A stretch of DNA of 64,000 nt from Gemmatimonadota bacterium (GTDB lineage: Bacteria > Gemmatimonadota > Gemmatimonadetes > Longimicrobiales > Gaopeijiaceae): contig JBDHHQ010000009.1 of assembly GCA_039589315.1 (NCBI GenBank), positions 30,972-94,971 on the forward strand. Reading direction: 5' to 3'. Below, in pieces: positions 37,073-46,879 of the stretch; the stretch's first letter is position 1, and every line of letters begins with the position of its first letter. The position numbers and the translations under genes were made by a program. The notes below the pieces were generated by a model. The model had not been told where the DNA came from. It searched no databases and worked only from the letters and a program-made list of their open reading frames with translations.

Positions 37073-39613
37073 ATGATCCCTCGTCGTGACCGCCGCGACG
37101 CCCCCGAGCCGTTCATCTTCGATGACGTGCTTCCCGACGACCTGCCCGATGCCGACCTCACCGAGAACGCCCGCATCGTGCTGGGCAAGCGCTACCTCAA
37201 GAAGGACGAGGCGGGGAAGCCGACGGAGGAGCCGGAGGTCATGTTCTGGCGCGTGGCCCGGGTCATCGCTGAGGCGGATCGGGCCTATGGGGCATCCGAC
37301 GCGGCCATCGACGAGGCTGCCCGTCAGTTCTACGAGCTGATGATCACCGGGCAGTTCGAGCCGAACTCGCCCACGCTCATGAACGCCGGCCGCCCCCTCG
37401 GGCAGCTTTCGGCTTGCTTCGTGCTCCCGGTGGACGACGCCCTCTCCAACAAGCGGAGCGGCATCTACGACACGCTCAAAGCGATGGCCCTGGTGCACCA
37501 GTCCGGAGGGGGCACGGGCTTCTCCTTCTCCCGCCTGCGGCCCACCGGCGACACGGTGCGCTCCACCATGGGGGTGGCGTCCGGCCCCGTCTCCTTCATG
37601 AGGCTCTACGACGCCAGCACCGAGGTCGTGAAGCAGGGAGGCACGCGCCGGGGCGCGAACATGGGGATCCTGCGCGTCGACCACCCCGACATCCGGCGGT
37701 TCATCACCTGCAAGGACGACACCTCCCAGGTGACGAACTTCAACATCTCGGTGGCCATCACCGACGCCTTCATGGAGGCCGTGAAGGCCGGGACTGAGTA
37801 CGACCTCGTCAGCCCGCGGAACGGGAGTGTGGTCGGCACGGAGGACGCCCGGGACATCTTCAACATGATCGTCCACGGCGCCTGGAAGACCGGCGAGCCG
37901 GGCGTGTTCTTCATCGACCGAGCGAACGAGTACAATCCGGTCCCCCACCTGGGATCCTACGAGGCCACCAACCCCTGCGGTGAGCAGCCGTTGCTGCCGT
38001 ACGACGTGTGCAATCTGGGGAGTGTGAACCTCGGCGAGTTCGTCCTCTCCGAGGGCCCCTTCGACCGACCCGAGGACGGCATCGACTGGGATTCGCTCCG
38101 CCGGGTCGTACATCTGGCGGTCCACTTCCTGGACAACGTCATCGATGCCAATCGGTATCCCCTCGGCGAGATCACCGATCTGGCACAGCGCATCCGCCGC
38201 ATCGGTCTGGGCATCATGGGATGGGCCGACATGCTGGTCCGGCTCGGTGTCCCCTACGACAGCGAGGAGGGTGTCGCACTGGGGCGCACGGTCATGGAGT
38301 TCGTGAACGAAGAGGCCCGGAACGCGTCCGAGCGGCTGGCCCAGACCCGTGGCGTCTTTCCCGAGTGGCCGTGGTCCATCTGGGGCCCGGACGAGACTGC
38401 TGTGCGCCGGGAGGAGAGGGATCGGATCCGGCCCATGCGCCGTCTCCGAAACTGCAACCTCACCACCGTCGCGCCCACAGGCACGATCTCCATATTCGCT
38501 GGCTGCTCGGGCGGCATCGAGCCGCTCTTCGCCGTCGCCTTCATGCGCAATCAGGCCGGTGTGATGATGCCGGACGTGAATCCCGACTTCGTCCGCCTGG
38601 CCCAGGAGGGTGGTTGGCACTCCGAGGACCTCATGGAGCGGATCGCCCAGGAGGGGCACATCCACTTTCCCGAGGTGCCCGAGGACGTCCAGCGCGTATT
38701 CGTCACGTCTCACGACATCACCCCCGAGTGGCACGTCCGCATGCAGGCCGCCTTTCAGGATCACACGGACTCGGCCATCTCCAAGACCACGAACTTCCCC
38801 AACTCGGCCACCGAGGACGAGGTCCGGGCCATCTACGAGCTGGCCTACGACCTCAGGTGCAAGGGCGTGACGGTCTACCGGGACGGCTCACGGCCCATGC
38901 AGGTCCTCTCCACCGGCAAGACCGCGCAGCAGGAGGCGCCCGTGGAGTTGGCCGAGGCGCAGGCCGAGCGCGTCGCCCTGGAGCAGCAGCTCGCCGACGC
39001 CCGCGAGGAGCTCCACCGGCTGCGAGTCGAGCTGGAGGTCCGTGACCGGGAGGCCACGGAGCACGACATGAATGCGGCCGCCGCACGCCACAAGCGTCAG
39101 CGGCCCGCCATGCTGCGGGGCCGGACGATCAAGATGGCCTCCCCCCTCGGCGACATCTACGTCACCATCAACGAAGACGGGTCAGGCCGACCCTTCGAGG
39201 TGTTCTGCACCCTGGGCAAGGCCGGAGGCGCGGCTACCGCCGACGCCGAGGCCATCGGTCGGCTGATCTCCCTGGCCCTCCGGTCCGGGGTGGCCGTGCC
39301 GTCCATCAAGGACCAGCTCCGGGGCATCTCCTCCGATCGCGCCGTAGGCGTCGGCCCCAACAAGGTGCTCTCCGCCCCCGACGCCATCGCCCAGGCCATC
39401 GAGCGCTACCTGGAGGAGAAGGAAGGCGTCCAGGAGGATCTGCTCACGCCGCTGGCAACGCCGGCGGGAGGGACGCAGACACAGGCGTATGCGGCTGGAT
39501 CGAGCACGGCCCAGGACTTCTTCGGGAGCTGCCCCGAGTGCGGCGCTGGGCAGTTGATGCACGAGGAGGGCTGCGTGAAGTGTCACGTCTGTGGATACTC
39601 GGAGTGCGGCTGA
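37073..39613 (+). CDS. nrdJ: Vitamin B12-dependent (class II) ribonucleotide reductase with TSCPD domain and C-terminal zinc ribbon
   Basis: PNSPTLMNAG, QLSACFV, TRRGANMG, ATNPCGEQ, CNLGS, TVAPTGTIS, KGVTVYRDGSR, C-terminal CPECG...CHVCGYSECG. Confidence 0.95.
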   Translation: MIPRRDRRDAPEPFIFDDVLPDDLPDADLTENARIVLGKRYLKKDEAGKPTEEPEVMFWRVARVIAEADRAYGASDAAIDEAARQFYELMITGQFEPNSPTLMNAGRPLGQLSACFVLPVDDALSNKRSGIYDTLKAMALVHQSGGGTGFSFSRLRPTGDTVRSTMGVASGPVSFMRLYDASTEVVKQGGTRRGANMGILRVDHPDIRRFITCKDDTSQVTNFNISVAITDAFMEAVKAGTEYDLVSPRNGSVVGTEDARDIFNMIVHGAWKTGEPGVFFIDRANEYNPVPHLGSYEATNPCGEQPLLPYDVCNLGSVNLGEFVLSEGPFDRPEDGIDWDSLRRVVHLAVHFLDNVIDANRYPLGEITDLAQRIRRIGLGIMGWADMLVRLGVPYDSEEGVALGRTVMEFVNEEARNASERLAQTRGVFPEWPWSIWGPDETAVRREERDRIRPMRRLRNCNLTTVAPTGTISIFAGCSGGIEPLFAVAFMRNQAGVMMPDVNPDFVRLAQEGGWHSEDLMERIAQEGHIHFPEVPEDVQRVFVTSHDITPEWHVRMQAAFQDHTDSAISKTTNFPNSATEDEVRAIYELAYDLRCKGVTVYRDGSRPMQVLSTGKTAQQEAPVELAEAQAERVALEQQLADAREELHRLRVELEVRDREATEHDMNAAAARHKRQRPAMLRGRTIKMASPLGDIYVTINEDGSGRPFEVFCTLGKAGGAATADAEAIGRLISLALRSGVAVPSIKDQLRGISSDRAVGVGPNKVLSAPDAIAQAIERYLEEKEGVQEDLLTPLATPAGGTQTQAYAAGSSTAQDFFGSCPECGAGQLMHEEGCVKCHVCGYSECG

Positions 39614-39631
39614 GGACCGGGGTCGTCCTTC

Positions 39632-41428
39632 CTACGGCTCCAGGGCCATCCTCAGCGTCGCCCAACGCATGAAGAGATTGGGAGCGTAGATCGGCTTCGC
39701 CGATGCGGCCACCCAGGGAAGGAGGGTGGCCCGCCGGCGCAGCGCCGACCAGAGGCGGGGCAGGGACCATGGCATCGAGCCCGGGTCCACCACGCCATCG
39801 AGCAGCGCCAAGCCGAACGCCGGCGGCACCATCTCGTCCAGCCGACTGGTGGAGGCGTGAATCCAGTCGCGCAGGGGGCCCTGATCGTTCCGTAGCAGCG
39901 CGGCGCGGTCGGGGTGGTAGGCGTCCCTGGTTGCCGGGCGGAACTCCCGGAACCCGGGTGCCAGCCTGGCAACGGCGCCCAGGAAGGCCTTCTTGCCGCG
40001 CCGGGGCTCCATGCCCTGGGAGACCATGAAGTCCAGGACGTCCGAGTCCAACCACGGGTTCCGGACCTGGACGAACGAGCCGGCAACCCGCTCCCGCCAC
40101 GGGAGGATCACGTTGAGCACCCTGTGATCGAAGTTCAGGTGATCCAGCAGGCAGTTGAGATCGGTGGTAGCGGGTTGACGGGACAGGATCTCATGGGTGT
40201 CCGCCTCGAGCCCGGCTCTCATGGTTCGGAGGAGGGACCCGGGCAGGTGATGGGATACCCAGGGCGGGATCACGAGTCCCGCATAGAACAGGTACGCCCA
40301 TACTGCATCCATGTCCGGATGGGCGTCGGGGGTGGGCCGGCCGAAGTACTGGTCCCCCACCAGCAGGACCGGCTCCCTGGCCGCCTGCAGCTCGGGCCCG
40401 AGACGGGGCCAGATGGTGGCCTCCGACGCCGCGGGGGCGACGCCCTCGCCCAGCGCAGCGTTCAGCCGCAGGTGATCCAGGAGCGGCCCCGCGTAGCTGT
40501 GGATGATTCGGTGGGAGAGCCCCAGACGCCGCGCCGTCGCGGCGGCGACGTGCGCGTCCTTCTCCCGCGCTTCCCGCCTGAGGTCGTTCGGCTTGGCGTG
40601 GGACGCGTCGGCCACATAGGAAAACGAGCGCACGTCGCGGGTTCCCAGGACCTCCCCCAGGATCACTGCGATGGCGGTCGAGTCCCACCCGCCGCTGAGG
40701 GAGAGGATCACGTCGTGGGGGCCCTCGACCCGTCGCTGGACCGCAGCGACGAGGCGGTCCGCCAGCTCCACCTCGAGGCGGGCGGGATCGGGCGGGACTT
40801 GGGGCTCCCGTACCAGATGCGACCAGTACTCCGTGGATCGGAGCCCCTGAGGCGTCACGTCATGCGCATGTCCCCGGGCCAGGTACCGCACGCCGGCGAA
40901 GGGCGTCCGCTGGTTGTAGCAGGCGTGGTTGGCCAGGTACCAGGCCACCGCCACCGGATCCAGCTCCTGGCGGGCCGTCGGCTGGTCCGCCAGCCGCGTC
41001 GTGATCCAGCCACCGCCGGCGTCCCGGCTCCAGAACAGGCGCCGGGAGGCGACCCGGTCGGTAACGATGGCGACCCGGTCGGCGTCCCGGTCCACCAGGA
41101 GCAGCGCGTACGAGCCGTTGAGGGATGGGAAGAGCCCGTCACCCCGGCTGCGAAAGCGGCGGGCCAGGGCGTCCGCCGAAGCCTCCACCTCGCCGTGGAG
41201 CTCACCGTGGAGCACGACGCCCACCCGGCCCTCGGGATCCCAGCCGACCGTCGCCCCGCCGCTCAGTCCGACGGGCACGACCCAGCTCGGCGACTCGAGA
41301 GTGATCTGCGCGTCCGCCCCGAAGACGGCGCGGAAGTCCTGCCGCGCGCGGCTGGGAGGGGTCTTGTCCCGCCGGGCCACGCGGGCCTGGATCCGGGAGG
41401 GCTGAAAGGCGGTGGTGACTTCGGACAC
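39632..41428 (-). CDS. Asparagine synthetase-related ATP-dependent amide ligase
   Basis: Degenerate Ntn-like N-domain (VLHGEL, LNGSYA, VTDRVASRRLF), PP-loop LSLSGGWDS, VRNPWLDSDV; no N-terminal catalytic Cys seen; start uncertain. Confidence 0.75.
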   Translation of the reverse strand: MSEVTTAFQPSRIQARVARRDKTPPSRARQDFRAVFGADAQITLESPSWVVPVGLSGGATVGWDPEGRVGVVLHGELHGEVEASADALARRFRSRGDGLFPSLNGSYALLLVDRDADRVAIVTDRVASRRLFWSRDAGGGWITTRLADQPTARQELDPVAVAWYLANHACYNQRTPFAGVRYLARGHAHDVTPQGLRSTEYWSHLVREPQVPPDPARLEVELADRLVAAVQRRVEGPHDVILSLSGGWDSTAIAVILGEVLGTRDVRSFSYVADASHAKPNDLRREAREKDAHVAAATARRLGLSHRIIHSYAGPLLDHLRLNAALGEGVAPAASEATIWPRLGPELQAAREPVLLVGDQYFGRPTPDAHPDMDAVWAYLFYAGLVIPPWVSHHLPGSLLRTMRAGLEADTHEILSRQPATTDLNCLLDHLNFDHRVLNVILPWRERVAGSFVQVRNPWLDSDVLDFMVSQGMEPRRGKKAFLGAVARLAPGFREFRPATRDAYHPDRAALLRNDQGPLRDWIHASTSRLDEMVPPAFGLALLDGVVDPGSMPWSLPRLWSALRRRATLLPWVAASAKPIYAPNLFMRWATLRMALEP

Positions 41429-41696
41429 TGGGCTCTCTGTAGCCCCCACGGGGGCGCATGGCGAGCGGTACGTACCGGGCGCCTGACTCGGCGAGGTCTC
41501 CGCAGTCGATTCTCCGCCCGCGGACCGAATCACGCAAATCGACGCTCCCCGTGTTGCGTCTACCTGGTGGGCAGCGTCTCTTCCGACTCTTCGGCGCCGC
41601 CGTACCATAGGGGCCACATTCCCGGCTCGCTCGCCGTCGCGCATGCTCGTCGTCCAGAACCATCATGATGCAAACCCGTCAGGGTCGTAGTTCCCC

Positions 41697-42602
41697 ATGA
41701 CCGACTTCCCCAACCCGGATCTGAGCTTCCTCCAGCCGTATTTCCTGGGGCCCGCCGGTAACGCTCGAGAAGGAGCTACAGGTGGGTGAGCAACTGGCCC
41801 AGCGTTCAAGGCTCTGTCGGAGGTGGACTCCATCACCGTGGATCCTCACAAGATGGGCTATGTTTCCTACGCCGCCGGGGCGTTCGTGGCTCGGAACCGA
41901 GAGGTGGTGGACTTCATCGCGCAGGAGGCAGCGTACATCTTCGACCTGGGCGAGGCGGAGCAGGAGGTGCCGACCAGAGACAAGCTCAGGAACCTGGGGC
42001 AGTACATCCTCGAAGGCTCGAAGCCCGGAGCCGCGGCCGCGGCGGTGCACGTGACTCACAAGGTCCTTCCGCTCGACTGCACCGGCTTCGGTCGGCTGCT
42101 GGCGGAGACCATCCGCTCCTGCGAGCATTTCTATGCGTCCGTCGCCCCGATGACCGAGCGGTTTTCGGATCGGGTCCGCCTCTTCGTTCCCTTCGAGCCG
42201 GACAGCAATCTGATCTGCCTCGCCCTGAATCCGGTCCAGAACACCAGCGTGGCGCGCATGAGCCGCTTCACTCGGGACGTCTTCTCGTATATGAAGGTGG
42301 ATGCGCGCAAGCCCGTGCAGATGGAGACCTTCATCGGATCGCACACGTCGTTGCAGAAAGGGAAGCTGCCGGGTGCCGAGGCCCACCGCATCCTGGACGC
42401 TCTGGGCCTGGACCCTGCCACGTTCAGGATGCTACCGGAAGACCCCGAGAGCGACGCGGACCACCTCTTCATTCTGCGCCACACGCTCATGAATCCCTGG
42501 CTGTTGGCGGGACCCGGCGACCGCAACTACGTGGACCTCTACTGGGCCTTCCTCGAAGAGGTCGTGGACCGAGTCCTGGGTGGAGAGGGAGCGGCCGAAT
42601 GA
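41697..42602 (+). pseudogene. Internally deleted group II PLP-dependent (tyrosine-decarboxylase-like) decarboxylase
   Basis: N-terminal MTDFPNPDLSFLQPYFLGPAG, in-frame TGA at 41787, then AFKALSEVDSITVDPHKMGY...YILEGSKPG...LRHTLMNPW; only about 300 codons, PLP-domain core upstream of the lysine missing. Confidence 0.72.
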
Positions 42603-43420
42603 CGGAGCTGAGGTCCACCCGTCCCATCCTCAATGGCTATCGCCATTGGCTCGTGGAGGCCGGACCCAGCGGCGGGCTTCCCGTGGTGTTGGTGCATGGA
42701 TTCCCTTTCTCTCACGCCGCCTGGCTCCCACAGATCGACGCCCTGTCGGATCGATACCGCGTCGTGGCGTATGATCTGCGGGGCCTGGGACGCACCGAGG
42801 TGGGCGACGGGCAGTTCGCCCTGGAGTCCTACGTAGACGATCTCGTGGCGGTGCTGAACCACCTGGGCGAGGACCGGGCGGTGGTCTGCGGGCTCAGCAT
42901 GGGGGGGTACGTGGCGCTGCGCGCGGTGGAGCGGGAGCCGAGCCGGATCCGTGCTCTCGTGCTCTGCGACACCCGGAGCGGTGCGGATGGCAACGAAGGG
43001 AAGATCAGCCGGGCGGAGTCCGTCGCGGACTTGAAGCGGTCCGGCATGGGCCCATTCACGGAGGCGTTCCTGCCCAAGGTGCTGGGACCCACGACACTGG
43101 GGGAGCGACCCGAGGTCGTGAGCGCCGTCGAGGACATGGTTCGCCAGCAGCGGGTGACGGGGGTCGTAGCGGCCCAGCTGGCCATGGCGGGTCGCACGGA
43201 CACGACCGAGTCGCTCCACGCCATCGAGGTGCCCGCTCTGATCCTCGTGGGCGAGGAGGACACGCTCACGCCGCCAGCTCAGGCACGGGAGATGGCGGCC
43301 CGCATCCCCGGAGCCGAGCTCGAAGTCATTCCCGGCGCGGGGCACCTGAGCAATCTGGAGAATCCCCAGGCCTTCAACGCCGCGCTGGCCGCCTTCCTGA
43401 GCGGCCTGGAGGATTCGTGA
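42599..43420 (+). CDS. Alpha/beta hydrolase (3-oxoadipate enol-lactonase-like)
   Basis: VLVHGFP, YDLRGLG, GLSMGG, VGEED, GAGHLSNLE; ATGA overlap with the upstream stop. Confidence 0.9.
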   Translation: MTELRSTRPILNGYRHWLVEAGPSGGLPVVLVHGFPFSHAAWLPQIDALSDRYRVVAYDLRGLGRTEVGDGQFALESYVDDLVAVLNHLGEDRAVVCGLSMGGYVALRAVEREPSRIRALVLCDTRSGADGNEGKISRAESVADLKRSGMGPFTEAFLPKVLGPTTLGERPEVVSAVEDMVRQQRVTGVVAAQLAMAGRTDTTESLHAIEVPALILVGEEDTLTPPAQAREMAARIPGAELEVIPGAGHLSNLENPQAFNAALAAFLSGLEDS

Positions 43421-44361
43421 CGCGCTCGTGTTCCTGGTGGAGCTGGTTCCCGGCAGCGGCTTTGGCGGCGTCGGTCGCATGCCAGGCCGACGCGCCTGCC
43501 CCCCGGGGCCGCACGGTGGAGCGGCCTGAGTTCTCCGGCGCCAACGCCTACGCTCACGTGCAAGCTCAGCTGGACTTCGGCCCCCGTATCACGGGCGCCG
43601 AAGGTCACGCTCGCCAACTGGACTGGATGCTGAGCTGGCTCGGTGCGCGCGCGGACACGGTCGTGGCCGACACCTTCCGACACGTCACCCAGTCCGGAGA
43701 CAGCCTGGCGCTGGTCAACGTGATGGCCCGCTTCGGGACCCAGGCGGAGCGACGGCTCCTGCTCCTCACCCATTGGGACACCCGCCCCGCCGCGGATCAG
43801 AGCCGCAGCGAGGAGGACCGCGGGCGCCCCGTGCCGGGGGCCAACGACGGCGCGTCGGGGACGGCCGTGTTGCTGGAGCTGGCTGACCTCATGAGCCGCC
43901 AGCGGCCTGGGGTCGGCGTGGACCTCCTCTTCGTGGACGGCGAGGACTACGGACCGGGGACGGAGGACATGTTTCTGGGGTCCCGGCACTTCGCGCGGCA
44001 GGCCGACCCCGACGCCTGGGTCTACGGGGTCCTGCTGGATATGGTGGGCGACAGGAGCCCGAGCTTCCCGGCCGAGGCCTGGTCGTCGGAGTACGCGCCG
44101 CACGTGGTGCAGCGGGTCTGGGGCGTGGCACGGGACCTGGGGTACGGGCGGTACTTTCCGCTTCAGGTCGGTCAGCGCGTCAACGACGACCACATCCCTT
44201 TGAACGAGGCGGGGATCGCCACGGTCGACGTCATCGATTTCGACTACGGATCCGGAAACGCCCTCTGGCACACCCCTGACGACGTGCTGGACAACGTGAG
44301 CGCGACCACCCTCGGAATGGTGGGCGAGGTGGTGGCCGAGCTCGTGTACCGGGGCGGGTAG
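43417..44361 (+). CDS. M28-fold lipoprotein, probable type II (Zn-dependent) glutaminyl-peptide cyclotransferase
   Basis: Lipobox-like SVAC; QLDFGPR, THWDTRP, GANDGASG, DGEDYG, LLDMVG, DDHIP, WHTPDD. Confidence 0.78.
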   Translation: MTRSCSWWSWFPAAALAASVACQADAPAPRGRTVERPEFSGANAYAHVQAQLDFGPRITGAEGHARQLDWMLSWLGARADTVVADTFRHVTQSGDSLALVNVMARFGTQAERRLLLLTHWDTRPAADQSRSEEDRGRPVPGANDGASGTAVLLELADLMSRQRPGVGVDLLFVDGEDYGPGTEDMFLGSRHFARQADPDAWVYGVLLDMVGDRSPSFPAEAWSSEYAPHVVQRVWGVARDLGYGRYFPLQVGQRVNDDHIPLNEAGIATVDVIDFDYGSGNALWHTPDDVLDNVSATTLGMVGEVVAELVYRGG

Positions 44362-44441
44362 AGCTACCGTCAGCGCGATCGGACGGTGCCGGCCGAGTGG
44401 GCCACGAGAGCCCTGCCGGCCGGCGCACCACAGGAGACGAC

Positions 44442-45398
44442 ATGGAGCGAGATTCGAAGTCGGTGCGGGCCGCCGTGGTTCAGGCGTCGCCGGTTCTCTT
44501 CGACTTGACGCGCACGATGGAGAAGGTGGTCCGACTCACCGGGGAGGCGGCGGCGGGCGGGGCGGATCTGGTGCTCTTCCCCGAGGCATACGTGGGGGGG
44601 TATCCCTGGGGGCTCGCGTTCGGAACCGCGGTGGGAGGGCGAACCCCGGCGGGCCGCCGGACCTGGGAGCGGTACTGGCAGGGAGCCGTGGAGGTGCCCG
44701 GCCCGGAGGTGGCCCGGATGGGGGAGGCGGCTCGTGAAGCCGGTGTGCACCTGGCCGTGGGTGTGGTCGAGCGAGACCGGGACTACTCCGGAGGAACCCT
44801 CTACTGCACCATCCTCTACTTCGGCCCTGACGGTACGCTGCTGGGCAAGCATCGCAAGCTGAAGCCCACCGCCGCAGAGCGCCTCATCTGGGGCGAAGGC
44901 GACGGCAGCACGCTGACCGTGCTGGACACCCCGCTGGGCAAGCTGGGCGGTCTGATCTGCTGGGAGAACTACATGCCGCTGGCCCGCATGGCCGTGTACG
45001 GGAAGGGCGTGGAGCTGTACGTGGCGCCGACAGCCGACGCTCGCCCGCGCTGGCAAGCCACGCTCCAGCACATCGCTCTCGAGGGCCGGTGCTTCGTAAT
45101 GGGGTGCAACCAGTTCGTGACGCGGGACATGTACCCGGACGACGTGGAGATCCGGCACGAGCTGGAGGCCTGGCCCGAGACGCTCTGCCGTGGTGGGAGC
45201 GCCATCTACGGCCCCCTGGGAGATTGCCTGGCCGGGCCCCTCTTCGACGAGGAGGGGATCCTGACGGCCACGCTCGACATGACGGAAATCGCCCGCGCCA
45301 AGTTCGACTTCGACGTCGTGGGCCACTACGCCCGTCCCGACGTGTTCCGCTTCGAGGTCGTGGAGAAACCGCAGCCACCCGTGCAGCTGAACGGGTAG
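44442..45398 (+). CDS. Nitrilase (carbon-nitrogen hydrolase family)
   Basis: Catalytic triad contexts FPEA, HRKLKPT, ICWEN; DVVGHYARPD; AGGAG RBS. Confidence 0.92.
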   Translation: MERDSKSVRAAVVQASPVLFDLTRTMEKVVRLTGEAAAGGADLVLFPEAYVGGYPWGLAFGTAVGGRTPAGRRTWERYWQGAVEVPGPEVARMGEAAREAGVHLAVGVVERDRDYSGGTLYCTILYFGPDGTLLGKHRKLKPTAAERLIWGEGDGSTLTVLDTPLGKLGGLICWENYMPLARMAVYGKGVELYVAPTADARPRWQATLQHIALEGRCFVMGCNQFVTRDMYPDDVEIRHELEAWPETLCRGGSAIYGPLGDCLAGPLFDEEGILTATLDMTEIARAKFDFDVVGHYARPDVFRFEVVEKPQPPVQLNG

Positions 45399-45518
45399 CC
45401 GTCCCAGCGGCGCGATCTCGAGGCGGGAGCCGGGGGAGGGTGGACGGCGTCGCTCGCCGGCCCGATCTTCCCGACGGTGGTGTGGCCACCGACCTCGGCA
45501 CCTGCGGACCGCGGCCGG

Positions 45519-45554
45519 TTGCCGCACTGCATAATCAATGTATAATTATGCGAT
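45519..45554 (+). promoter_or_regulatory. Sigma70-like promoter overlapped by an ARG-box-like (ArgR/AhrC) operator
   Basis: TTGCCG (45519) and TATAAT (45541); AATGTATAATTATGCGAT (45537-45554) fits wnTGnATwwwwATnCAnw with one mismatch; AT-rich island in GC-rich DNA upstream of rocD. Confidence 0.65.
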
Positions 45555-45633
45555 ACACGATCCGCGAGTCACGCATGGTCGGCCGACGGCGAGGGTCGGT
45601 GGCCGGACCCATCGAAACCAGAGAAGACGGACC

Positions 45634-46851
<1,218 letters not shown>

Positions 46852-46879
46852 CGGTGCTCCGCCCGCATCGGCTGCCGTC

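Noticed and set aside
41697..41789. 30-aa ORF ending in GG next to an Asn-synthetase-like gene as a lasso/RiPP precursor
   Set aside because: No core peptide after the GG, no lasso Thr(-2)/acidic ring pattern, and no peptidase or RRE nearby. It is in frame with, and better explained as, the decarboxylase N-terminus.
41787..41789. In-frame TGA as selenocysteine or programmed read-through
   Set aside because: It lies in non-homologous junction sequence, not at a Cys position, and read-through would still give a protein missing most of the PLP domain.
41786..43420. 544-aa ORF as one long hydrolase
   Set aside because: The first half is an off-frame overlap of the decarboxylase; the hydrolase starts at ATG 42599.
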